From an uncultured SAR116 cluster alpha proteobacterium (GTDB taxonomy: Bacteria; Pseudomonadota; Alphaproteobacteria; Puniceispirillales; GCA-002684695): a DNA stretch of 64,000 nucleotides. This document shows positions 9,950-18,873 of the stretch, one piece after another. A program made the position numbers and the translations under genes. The stretch covers positions 30,456-94,455 of the forward strand of contig CACMFN010000002.1 of assembly GCA_902612965.1 (NCBI GenBank). Direction: 5' to 3'. Positions within the stretch are counted from its first letter, which is position 1. The number at the start of each line of letters is the position of its first letter. Below the pieces are notes generated by a model. It was given only the letters and a program-made list of their open reading frames with translations. It made no database searches and had not been told where the DNA came from.

Positions 9950-10669
9950 TTGAAATTTAATTGTAATATATTTCCCATGAGCAAATCATTAGTTACAAAC
10001 TTAGTAGCACTAGTATTAACTGTAATTGGATTTTTAGAGCCTTTTGATAGTAATTTGATTTTAATGATTGGATTATTCAGCCTTTCTGGTGGAATAACAA
10101 ATTGGCTTGCAATTCATATGCTTTTTGAAAAAATACCTTTTATATACGGTTCTGGAATTATACAAATAAATTTTAAATTTTTTAAGATTGCTATAAAAAA
10201 ACTAATAATAAACGAATTTTTCTCAGACAAGAATATTCAAAAATTTACAAGTAAAATTGGCAATGAAACTATTTTATCAATTTCATCAAACATAAATTAT
10301 AATAGTATATTTGAAGAGTTAACAGATTCAATTGAAAAATCCCAATTAGGTGGGATGCTTGCAATGGTGGGTGGAAGAAAAGCTTTAGAACCACTTAGAA
10401 AACCGATAATTAAAAGGTTAGAAAGTCTAATAAAAAAAATTATTGAAAAAAACAAAACTTCATCTTTAGACAATAAGTTAACAAATGATGTTAAATTGAA
10501 TATTGAAAAATTAATAGATGACAGATTAAATGAATTATCACCTCAAGATATAAAAATCATAATAAGAGACGTTATTGATAAGCACCTTGGCTGGCTTGTT
10601 ATCTGGGGTGGCGTTTTTGGAGGTATAATTGGAGGCATAAGTTTCTATGTTTCATCAATTATATTGTGA
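9950..10669 (+). CDS. DUF445-like membrane protein (likely start ATG 9977)
   Basis: GGITNWLAIHMLF near the N-terminus and HLGWLVIWGGVFGGIIG at the C-terminus. Confidence 0.8.
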   Translation: MKFNCNIFPMSKSLVTNLVALVLTVIGFLEPFDSNLILMIGLFSLSGGITNWLAIHMLFEKIPFIYGSGIIQINFKFFKIAIKKLIINEFFSDKNIQKFTSKIGNETILSISSNINYNSIFEELTDSIEKSQLGGMLAMVGGRKALEPLRKPIIKRLESLIKKIIEKNKTSSLDNKLTNDVKLNIEKLIDDRLNELSPQDIKIIIRDVIDKHLGWLVIWGGVFGGIIGGISFYVSSIIL

Positions 10670-10730
10670 ATAATATTTTTTTGAAAATATATTTTAAAAA
10701 GATATATAAAAATAAAGTATGGAGATTAAT

Positions 10731-11552
10731 ATGAACTTTGTTCCAGCACCTATGCCAGATAATGAAAGCCGAAGACAAGAGGCTGTAGAGCGTTTACAAA
10801 TTAAAGGCACTGACCAACATGATGTTATGATTGTTTACAGTGAAATGGCACAAGAATTAACTGGGTTTGCAGCAGTTGCTGCAACTTTATTTGACGCAGA
10901 TAGCCAATACTCACTTGCATCTTGTAATTTTCCTGGAAAAAGTGGTGATAAATTAATGGATAGGGCACAAAGTATTTGCTCATACACCATACTCAGCAAT
11001 AAACCAACTCTAATTCCAGATACTTCTTCAGATCATAGGACGGCCAATCATCCAGCAGTTTTATCAGGCATGTGTAAATCTTATGCAGGTTTTCCTATAA
11101 TCAATAAAGACAACTATGCATTGGGTAGTTTTTGTTTAGTTCATCCAGAAAAAAAGGAGTTAAACAGTCAGCAGATTATTTTAATTCAAAAATTAGTTGC
11201 CCGTCTTGCACATCAATTGGATACTCAAAGTGAGCAAAGAGAAGTAACTTCAAATAAAATACAAAATGCTATTAATATATTTTCTGAAGTTGCGCCAGGT
11301 GCATCTTTAGATGATTTCAAATACTTTATTAGTTTATGTAGTGACAAAAAAGTGTCTTCATCACTGCTACAAAATTTGATAGATCTAGATTTATGCATTC
11401 TTAAGGAAAACAACATAACATTAACTCAAAAAGGAAGAGAAACTCAACAAAAGATGGGGCTTCAAACTAGGATCCTTCAAAAAATGAAAGTTGAAGGAGA
11501 CGCAGCTGATAGTATGGTCAATGATATGCTCTCAAAATTAGGAGAAATATAA
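10731..11552 (+). CDS. GAF domain protein with a possible degenerate winged-helix C-terminus
   Basis: PAPMPDNESRR N-terminus, SICSYTI, D-RTANHP, YAGFPII, LGSFCL are typical GAF motifs; GGAG at 10721 favours ATG 10731 over 10719. Confidence 0.8.
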   Translation: MNFVPAPMPDNESRRQEAVERLQIKGTDQHDVMIVYSEMAQELTGFAAVAATLFDADSQYSLASCNFPGKSGDKLMDRAQSICSYTILSNKPTLIPDTSSDHRTANHPAVLSGMCKSYAGFPIINKDNYALGSFCLVHPEKKELNSQQIILIQKLVARLAHQLDTQSEQREVTSNKIQNAINIFSEVAPGASLDDFKYFISLCSDKKVSSSLLQNLIDLDLCILKENNITLTQKGRETQQKMGLQTRILQKMKVEGDAADSMVNDMLSKLGEI

Positions 11553-11893
11553 TGTATGCTAAAGTTTACCAGTACAAATTTCCAGGAATAAGTGAAGCTA
11601 AAGTAGCGGCTGCGTTTTGTTCTGATTATTTAGGTCAAAAAATTGATGAACATAATTTTCATGGTTTAAGTGTCTTAATAAGCCAGGAAGGTGATTTAAC
11701 CATTTTAATTAAATTTGATGATGTAACTAAGTTGAAGTCGTTTGATAAGGTTGCAGATCAATTTGTAGAAGATTTAAAAAATTCATTTGTATTTAAAGAA
11801 AATAAATATGCAGGTATTTACGTATATAATTATGAAAAAGAAGCCACTATCAATGAAATCAAACTGACTGGCCCTGCAAAAGTATCAAATTAG
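11552..11893 (+). CDS. Hypothetical 113-aa protein, translationally coupled to the GAF gene
   Basis: TAATG stop/start overlap with GGAG upstream; composition of a soluble alpha/beta protein. Confidence 0.75.
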   Translation: MYAKVYQYKFPGISEAKVAAAFCSDYLGQKIDEHNFHGLSVLISQEGDLTILIKFDDVTKLKSFDKVADQFVEDLKNSFVFKENKYAGIYVYNYEKEATINEIKLTGPAKVSN

Positions 11894-11939
11894 AATAATT
11901 TAAGTTTTTATTGCAAAATAATATTTCTTAGTTTAAAAA

Positions 11940-11954
11940 GAACATAACAAGAAC
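11940..11954 (+). promoter_or_regulatory. Putative LexA (SOS) box, alphaproteobacterial type
   Basis: GAACataacaaGAAC (minus strand GTTCTTGTTATGTTC) = GTTC-N7-GTTC; intergenic, just downstream of a TTGCAA(11911)-17-TAAAAA promoter-like element. Confidence 0.75.
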
Positions 11955-11969
11955 AAATTTTTAGTAGTA

Positions 11970-12116
11970 ATGTTTATTTTAAAACTTTCTCAAAGCTTAA
12001 GTATTTTAATTATTGTATTAAATCTCTCATTAATCTTGGGTTTTGCATTTAGTATTTCGCTATTTTTATCATTTTCAGCATTAATTGTATCAAATTTTTT
12101 AATTGATATTAATTGA
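11970..12116 (+). CDS. Unannotated 48-aa hydrophobic small protein
   Basis: ATG 11970 to TGA 12116: MFILKLSQSLSILIIVLNLSLILGFAFSISLFLSFSALIVSNFLIDIN; fills a 266-bp gap in an otherwise compact window; no clear Shine-Dalgarno. Confidence 0.55.
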   Translation: MFILKLSQSLSILIIVLNLSLILGFAFSISLFLSFSALIVSNFLIDIN

Positions 12117-12159
12117 GAACTTATTATGAAGTATTTATATTTTTAAAGTATAAATACCT

Positions 12160-13101
12160 ATGAATAATCAATTAAAAAAATTAGTAGCAGACTTTGGGGG
12201 CACTCACTTACGCATTGGCATATCAAACGAATTAGAAATAAATAACATATCTAAAATTAGATATAATAACGAAACTTCATCCATAAAATTAATTTCAAAC
12301 TATATAAACGATTTTAAAGACATTGATCAAATTAGAATATGTGCCGCTGGACCGATTGAAAATGAGAAAATTGAGATAACAAATAGTAACCTTGTAATTT
12401 CCAAAAAAGAAATTTCTGAATTCAGTAAAATTGATGATGTTGTAATTTTTAATGACGCTGAAGCCGCGTGTAATTATTTACCTGTGATTAAAAAAGAATC
12501 TTACAAAACTGTTAACTATGGAAAGTCTTTGAATAATAACTTTGCATATATTGCTTTAGGCACTGGTTTAGGTGTTTCAGGTGTGCAAAAATTAAAAAAT
12601 AAGTCAGTAGTTTTTTCAGGGGAAGGTGGGTATTGTCATATTCCTTATACAGAAAATGATACAATTTCGCGAGATGTAATTAATATTATTCAGGAGTACT
12701 ATCCAAGAATTTCATCTGAAAGACTTATTAGTGGCCCAGGACTGTCTTTAATTTTTAAAGCACTTTGTTTGTTAAAAGATTACAAATCAAATCTTTCATC
12801 AGAAGAAATTGTACTGAATGCTGTCAAAAATAAAAAAGGATTTGAATATGATGCTTGTAAAATATTATTCGAATTACTTGGTAAATTTTCTGCCTCTATT
12901 GCTTTAGTATATGGAGCCAGAGGTGGAGTATTTTTAAGTGGGGGTCTTTTGGAGAGACTTTTCCCAATTTTACCAAATGACTTACTTTTAAAAAATTTTT
13001 TAATTAATGGCAGAATGCAAGAATATGTGAATAATATACCCCTTCATATTATTAATGATGATTTAGTATCTTTAAAAGGTTGTGCGGCCTATCAAGAATA
13101 A
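12160..13101 (+). CDS. glk: Glucokinase (Glk family)
   Basis: LVADFGGTHLR, AAGPI, NDAEA, GTGLGV, GEGGY, SERLISGPGL, GGVFLSGG. Confidence 0.85.
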   Translation: MNNQLKKLVADFGGTHLRIGISNELEINNISKIRYNNETSSIKLISNYINDFKDIDQIRICAAGPIENEKIEITNSNLVISKKEISEFSKIDDVVIFNDAEAACNYLPVIKKESYKTVNYGKSLNNNFAYIALGTGLGVSGVQKLKNKSVVFSGEGGYCHIPYTENDTISRDVINIIQEYYPRISSERLISGPGLSLIFKALCLLKDYKSNLSSEEIVLNAVKNKKGFEYDACKILFELLGKFSASIALVYGARGGVFLSGGLLERLFPILPNDLLLKNFLINGRMQEYVNNIPLHIINDDLVSLKGCAAYQE

Positions 13102-13103
13102 GC

Positions 13104-14201
13104 TTATAATAATAAATTTTTTTCTGATATTTTATCGAATTGATATATCTTTTCCTCTTTTATAATAAGTTTGACTTTCATGTTTTCTTTTAGAGTATGG
13201 CTACTTTCTACTTTGCCTGTAAGTTCTCCATAATTACTATCACATATTACTACTGTTTCGTGACCCATTGGCTCAATAACTGAAATTTCTGCATCTAATT
13301 CAATTGAATCTTTCATTTTACTTTTTTTATCAAGATTTACACTTATGTCCTCTGGTCTTATCCCAAATATAATATCTTGATCTTTTTCATATATATTACT
13401 GCTAAGTTTTATATCTTTTTGATCTTTTAAAGTAATTGTAGTTAATGATTTTGAGCAACTCTTTACTTTTCCTTCAAAAAAGTTCATAGCAGGTGTTCCT
13501 ATAAAACTTGCAACAAAAATGTTATTTGGTTTTTTATATACTTCGTTTGGCGTGCCTACTTGCTCAATTACTCCATCTTTCATAATAACAATCCTGTCTG
13601 CTAAAGTCATTGCCTCAATTTGATCATGAGTGACATAAATTGTAGTTGTACCAACCTGCTTATGAAGCTTTTTCATTTCAGCTCTCATTTTATGCCTCAG
13701 TTTGGCATCTAAATTAGACAATGGTTCATCGAATAAAAAAACCTTAGGATTTCTCACGATGGCTCTTCCCATAGCTACACGTTGCTTTTGGCCTCCTGAT
13801 AGTTCTCCTGGTCTTCTTGACAAAAGCCCTTGCAAACCTAATGTTTCCGAAGCCTCTAAAACTCTATTTTCTACCTCCATTTTGGGTAACTTTTGTGCCC
13901 TAAGTCCAAATGAAATATTATCTTTAACTGATAAATGTGGATATAATGCATAGTTTTGAAAAACCATTGCTATATCGCGGTCTTTAGGATGAACTTTATT
14001 GATTAGGCTATCATCAATGTAAATATTACCAGCAGTTATATCTTCTAACCCAGCTATCATTCTAAGTGTAGTAGATTTTCCACATCCAGAAGGACCTACT
14101 AATACAATAAATTCTCCATCTGCAATTTTTAGATTGAAGTCTTCTACAGCTTTTACTTCACCATAATTTTTAAATAGATTTTCAAATTGAACATTAGCCA
14201 T
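13104..14201 (-). CDS. Carbohydrate ABC transporter ATP-binding subunit (MalK/UgpC family)
   Basis: GPSGCGKST, VFQNYALYPH, LSGGQKQR, DEPLSNLDAKLR, C-terminal TOBE region. Confidence 0.95.
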   Translation of the reverse strand: MANVQFENLFKNYGEVKAVEDFNLKIADGEFIVLVGPSGCGKSTTLRMIAGLEDITAGNIYIDDSLINKVHPKDRDIAMVFQNYALYPHLSVKDNISFGLRAQKLPKMEVENRVLEASETLGLQGLLSRRPGELSGGQKQRVAMGRAIVRNPKVFLFDEPLSNLDAKLRHKMRAEMKKLHKQVGTTTIYVTHDQIEAMTLADRIVIMKDGVIEQVGTPNEVYKKPNNIFVASFIGTPAMNFFEGKVKSCSKSLTTITLKDQKDIKLSSNIYEKDQDIIFGIRPEDISVNLDKKSKMKDSIELDAEISVIEPMGHETVVICDSNYGELTGKVESSHTLKENMKVKLIIKEEKIYQFDKISEKNLLL

Positions 14202-14215
14202 ATTTGCCTCTAACT

Positions 14216-15700
14216 TTAGGAATGATTTTTGTAAAAATTAATCAATTTATTTTTGCTTTCATCAATCGAATTTTCACATTTAACTATTATATTTTTATAT
14301 TCTGATAAGTCTTTTTTATAAATTTCTAAACTATTAGTAATTGATTGTTTTGAGGGACCACCAGGTAAATTTCTTACATTGATAAAATGTTCAGGTGAAC
14401 AAACCTCTTTAAAACGTTTTTCATTCATCTTTAGCGGAGCTCCCACTAATTTTTCAAATAATTTTGAGAAGATAGTAAAGTCAATATCATCTAAAGATGT
14501 ATTTTTAGAAATTAGTTTCTTTGATAATTGTTGGGATACTTCATGCGCTTGACGGAAACTAATATTTTCATCTCTTACTAATGAATCTGCTAATTCGGTA
14601 ATTGTCGCCATTGACAACTTTATTCTATTATCAACTGAATTCTTATTTATTTGAATGGATTCCACAAACCCTGCTAAAAGAGGAATTATTGTAGACATAA
14701 AACCAAATGCCTTATGACCTTCAGATTGAACTTCCCTCTCGGAGTCATTCATATCTGCAAAAGGTGTATTATGCATAGTATTAATGATTTTATCACATTC
14801 TCCATTACATAATGATAGTTTTAATCTTAAATGTTCCAATGGAACAGGATTTCTTTTTTGTGGCATAATTGATGATATTTGCACAAATCCATCTGGGACG
14901 TAGATTTGACTAACCTCGAAACCTGTCCATGTAACTAATTCTTGAACAAATCTGCCAAGGTTTATTGAAGCAATCTTTAAAGAGGAATAGGTCGAAGTAA
15001 TGTAATCACAACTTGCAATTGCGCCATAAGAGTTTTGGACAATTCTCTCAAATCCTAACAGATTTGCCATTCGCTCTCTTTTTAATGGAAATCCAGTGGT
15101 TGTAATTGCAGCAGCACCCATTGGTGACATATTTACTAAATTTAAAGAATATATTAATCGATCAACGTCTCTTAATGAAAACTCAATCACTGCACAGAGA
15201 AAATGAGCAAGTGTTGAAGCTTGAGCTGGTTGTCCGTGTGTATACATTAAAATAATTTCTGAAACGCCTTTTTCAGTTCTTGCAACAAGTTGTTCTATAA
15301 GAGCGATCATCTCCTTTAATAAAGAAATTAATTTCTTTCTTAATTCGATTCTAAACATGGTATGTTCCATGTCATTGCGTGAACGTCCTGTATGAAGTTT
15401 ACCTGCTATATCAACTCCTATTTTTTCAATTAAAGTTTTCTCAACTAGAAAAAATAGATCTTCAAACTTTGCGTCATATTCTAAGTTATCAAAATCAAAT
15501 TCATGTTCAATTTTATAAAGATTTTTGAAAATTAGTTTGGCTTCTTCATCATTAATTATGCTTTGCTCATTCAACATAATACACTGAGCATAATTAATCT
15601 GAAAAAGAGCGTCTCTAAATATGTTTTTATAAATAAAAAGGTCTGGCTTTAAAAAACTGTCTACATAAATTTTTGCAGGAAATTTGTCATATTTATCCAT
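14216..15700 (-). CDS. Aspartase/fumarase superfamily lyase, argininosuccinate lyase-like but non-canonical
   Basis: HTGRSRND and SSIMPQKRNP signatures; lacks the ArgH N-terminal WGGRF, and has YTHGQPAQ instead of YTHLQ; embedded in a sugar ABC operon. Confidence 0.85.
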   Translation of the reverse strand: MDKYDKFPAKIYVDSFLKPDLFIYKNIFRDALFQINYAQCIMLNEQSIINDEEAKLIFKNLYKIEHEFDFDNLEYDAKFEDLFFLVEKTLIEKIGVDIAGKLHTGRSRNDMEHTMFRIELRKKLISLLKEMIALIEQLVARTEKGVSEIILMYTHGQPAQASTLAHFLCAVIEFSLRDVDRLIYSLNLVNMSPMGAAAITTTGFPLKRERMANLLGFERIVQNSYGAIASCDYITSTYSSLKIASINLGRFVQELVTWTGFEVSQIYVPDGFVQISSIMPQKRNPVPLEHLRLKLSLCNGECDKIINTMHNTPFADMNDSEREVQSEGHKAFGFMSTIIPLLAGFVESIQINKNSVDNRIKLSMATITELADSLVRDENISFRQAHEVSQQLSKKLISKNTSLDDIDFTIFSKLFEKLVGAPLKMNEKRFKEVCSPEHFINVRNLPGGPSKQSITNSLEIYKKDLSEYKNIIVKCENSIDESKNKLINFYKNHS

Positions 15701-15703
15701 ATT

Positions 15704-16552
15704 TTAACCTTTTAAACCTGCCAGCATTATTCCCTTGATGATATACTTTTGAAGAAAAATAAAAACAAACAAAGTTGGAATTGTAGCTAAACATGAAGCA
15801 GTCATTACAATTTCCCAATCCATTTGAAATTCACCGTTGAAGGAGGCTAAACCTACAGGTATAGTATACATATCAGGATCATTAACTATTATTAAAGGCC
15901 AAAGAAAGGCTGTCCAATTACCTAAAAAATGAAAAATTGCTAATGCAGATAAAGCTGGAATAACAAGAGGCATTGCAATTTTCCACCAAATGGCAAATTC
16001 AGACCAACCATCAATTCTAGCAGCTTCTATTAGTTCGTCTGGCAATGTCAAAAAAAACTGCCTCATTAGAAATGTCCCAAAACCAGTCATTAGTCCAGGG
16101 AAGGCAATGCCCCAATAAGTATCAATCCAACCGAATTCTCGTGACATCATATACCATGGAATTATAAGCATTTCTGTTGGGATCATTAATGTGCTTAAAA
16201 TAGCGACAAAAACAATTTCTCTACCTCGAAATTTAAATTTTGCAAGTGTATATCCTACGAGGCTATCAAAAAATAAAACAGAAGCAGTACTAAACGATGC
16301 AACCCATAATGAATTTAGTAACCAAATTAAAAATTTGGACTCCTTTAAAATGAAGATATAGTTTTCAAATGTTGGTGACTTTGGAAATAATGAGAGAGTA
16401 TATACTTCTTGGCCAGTTTTAAATGAGGTACTTACCATAAATATTATTGGCGTAACCATAACTATGCTTCCGATGAATAAAAGTGTCCATGTTAAAATCT
16501 TTGAGGGATTTAAATGCTCTAATCTTTCAATTATTTGATCATTTTTTTTCAT
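15704..16552 (-). CDS. Carbohydrate ABC permease (MalG-like)
   Basis: EAA loop ELIEAARIDG; multiple TM segments. Confidence 0.95.
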   Translation of the reverse strand: MKKNDQIIERLEHLNPSKILTWTLLFIGSIVMVTPIIFMVSTSFKTGQEVYTLSLFPKSPTFENYIFILKESKFLIWLLNSLWVASFSTASVLFFDSLVGYTLAKFKFRGREIVFVAILSTLMIPTEMLIIPWYMMSREFGWIDTYWGIAFPGLMTGFGTFLMRQFFLTLPDELIEAARIDGWSEFAIWWKIAMPLVIPALSALAIFHFLGNWTAFLWPLIIVNDPDMYTIPVGLASFNGEFQMDWEIVMTASCLATIPTLFVFIFLQKYIIKGIMLAGLKG

Positions 16553-17450
16553 ACTGATCTCTTGCTAACCATAATTGTAAAAGACTTACAAATAACAATA
16601 GTAGAAATAAAATAACTGTTAAAGCTGAAGCTCTACCAAGCTTATACATATCAAATGCATACTCATAAATCATTAAGACTAGAGGTTTTGTTGAATTTAG
16701 AGGTCCCCCGGCACTATCTGCTGACATATTATAAACTTGATCAAAAATTCTCAAAAACCCAATTGTAGAAATAATTACAAGAAAAACAGTTGTTGGTTTT
16801 AGAGCGGGTAAAATTATTTCTCTTAAAATTTGAAACCTACCTGCTCCATCAATTTCAGCAGCCTCAAAGTGACTTTTTGGTATTGCCCGAAGACCAGCAA
16901 TAAAAATTACAATTTGAAAGCCAAGTCCAGCCCATACTGCTGGGGCCATTATTGAATAAAGACCTTGCTCTACTGATCTTAAAAAAGGTTGTTGCTCAAT
17001 TCCAAACCAAGAAAGAATTATATTGAAATATCCAATTGGCATTGGCTGGTAAAACCACCTCCAGACCCAAGCCATTGCAACTGCCGTTGTTAAAAATGGA
17101 ATGAAATATAATGCTCTTATAGTTTGATGACCAAATCTTATTTCATTTAGATAATATGCAACTGTAAAAGAGATCAAAAGACTTATTGGCACACCTATTA
17201 TTGCGTATTTTATAGTATTCCAGAATACTATCCAAAAATCTTCATCCCCAAAAATGCGAGAGAAGTTTTTAAATCCTATATATTTTTGGGTACCTAATAA
17301 GTTCCACTTCATAAATGAAACATAAAAAGCTTCAAAGGTAGGGTAAAATCTTATTGTTACATAAAAAATTATAGGAACTGCTAAAAAGAACCAAGCTGTG
17401 ATAGCTAATTTTTGATTTATTGTAAGATTTTCCCAGAAACTCTTAATCAT
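16539..17450 (-). CDS. Carbohydrate ABC permease (MalF-like)
   Basis: IGFKNF and EAAEIDGA motifs; TM segments. Confidence 0.95.
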   Translation of the reverse strand: MIKSFWENLTINQKLAITAWFFLAVPIIFYVTIRFYPTFEAFYVSFMKWNLLGTQKYIGFKNFSRIFGDEDFWIVFWNTIKYAIIGVPISLLISFTVAYYLNEIRFGHQTIRALYFIPFLTTAVAMAWVWRWFYQPMPIGYFNIILSWFGIEQQPFLRSVEQGLYSIMAPAVWAGLGFQIVIFIAGLRAIPKSHFEAAEIDGAGRFQILREIILPALKPTTVFLVIISTIGFLRIFDQVYNMSADSAGGPLNSTKPLVLMIYEYAFDMYKLGRASALTVILFLLLLFVSLLQLWLARDQYEKK

Positions 17451-17475
17451 TACTTTTAATTATTAATGTAACTAA

Positions 17476-17502
17476 AGGGAAGGCCTTTAAAAGACCCCCC
17501 CT
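17476..17502 (-). terminator. Stem-loop after the SBP gene (mRNA stabiliser or attenuator)
   Basis: Minus strand AGGGGGGGUCUU-loop-AAGGCCUUCCCU pairs using G-U; lies between SBP and permease. Confidence 0.6.
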
Positions 17503-17511
17503 ATATTGAAT

Positions 17512-18762
17512 TTAATTGCCAAAAAAATCATCAAGTAATTCTTGTTCTTTTTTAGCAACTTTAGCGAGTGCGTCTTCTGGAGACATACCTTGTAAAACTA
17601 CCATATCATATGAATCAATTACTGATTGTCTTTGTGGTTTTTCTGAGATAAATGTAGTCGCAGTTGCGTAATCTAAACCTCTTATAAAAGGACCATACTG
17701 AGGGTGACCTTTATTTGCATCTACAAGTGCAACAGAGGGTTTTGCAGGCAACTCACCAACAGTATCAAGCCATACCTGCATCGCTTCTTCCGAAGTTAAG
17801 TATTTTAAAAATTTTGCAGCAGCTTCTTTTTTTTCACCTTTGGCTTTAGTACTTAATGCGTTTGCCCAAAATGATGAGAAGTTGTATCTGGTGCCATTAT
17901 GACCTGGCAATTCTGATATTGAAAAGTTCAAACCATCCGTTTTGTTAAACTTAGAAATTCTAAAAGAACCATCCAAAACCATTCCTGCCTTACCAGCTGC
18001 AAATGCATCCTGACCTCTATTCATAAAACCATTACTGCCGGTCTTATGAGTTTTTTCAAAATCAGTAAGATATTTTAGTGCCTCAGCACCTGCATCAGTA
18101 TTGTAGGTTACTTTTTGCCCATCATTAGAATATGGTTGACCTCCAAAATGTCTAATTAGAACTTCTCTCCAAAAATGGTGGTCTTGACCATCTGTATCTA
18201 CCGCAAAGCCTACTTGAATATAGTTTCCAGCAGAATCAGTTTTGGTAAGTTTTTTTGCGTATTCAACCATTTGGTCTAATGTTTCAGGTGGTCCAGAGAG
18301 ACCTGCTTCAGAAAATAGATCATTGTTGTAAAATAGTGCTAATGATCTAACAGCAGTTGGTAACCCCCAATAATCACCATCAACTTTCATAGATGAAACC
18401 ATTTTAAAGAAATTACTTTCTATTTCATCATGTGGGAAAGTGTCTTTTGGTAAAGGTTGTATTAAACCACCATCTCTATAGTCATTCAGCCACCCATAGT
18501 AAAGCTGAACTAAATCAGGTCCATCACCTGAGGATATGGCAATAGAAACCTTTTTTCGATAATCAGCGTAAGGAAAAGAGGTGTGTTTAACAGTTATGTC
18601 AGGGTTGGCTTTTTCAAAATTCGCAATTAATTTGTCAATTGCTTCAACCCTTGCCTTGTAAGTGTATTGCCAATATTCTATTTCCACTGCGTTTGCAGTT
18701 ATGCTACTGAAAATAAAAATTGAACCAATTATAGAAAATAAGAATAATTTTATATTTTTCAA
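17512..18762 (-). CDS. Carbohydrate ABC solute-binding protein (family 1)
   Basis: Signal peptide, FEKANPDITV, GPDLV, ALFYNNDLF; GGAGG upstream suggests TTG start at 18762 rather than ATG 18774. Confidence 0.92.
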   Translation of the reverse strand: MKNIKLFLFSIIGSIFIFSSITANAVEIEYWQYTYKARVEAIDKLIANFEKANPDITVKHTSFPYADYRKKVSIAISSGDGPDLVQLYYGWLNDYRDGGLIQPLPKDTFPHDEIESNFFKMVSSMKVDGDYWGLPTAVRSLALFYNNDLFSEAGLSGPPETLDQMVEYAKKLTKTDSAGNYIQVGFAVDTDGQDHHFWREVLIRHFGGQPYSNDGQKVTYNTDAGAEALKYLTDFEKTHKTGSNGFMNRGQDAFAAGKAGMVLDGSFRISKFNKTDGLNFSISELPGHNGTRYNFSSFWANALSTKAKGEKKEAAAKFLKYLTSEEAMQVWLDTVGELPAKPSVALVDANKGHPQYGPFIRGLDYATATTFISEKPQRQSVIDSYDMVVLQGMSPEDALAKVAKKEQELLDDFFGN

Positions 18763-18873
18763 TGTATCCTCCATTACATAAATTATTTATAATTAATCTA
18801 TTTTATCATAAATTATTGATTTTAATAATACTATTACACTAATATCAAATATTGAATTTCTACAAGTTATATT

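Noticed and set aside
11990..12145. Open frame antisense to the 48-aa ORF
   Set aside because: No ATG/GTG/TTG start after the upstream stop; mirror of the plus-strand frame
14216..15700. Calling this gene argH
   Set aside because: Missing ArgH-specific motifs and located in a sugar ABC operon
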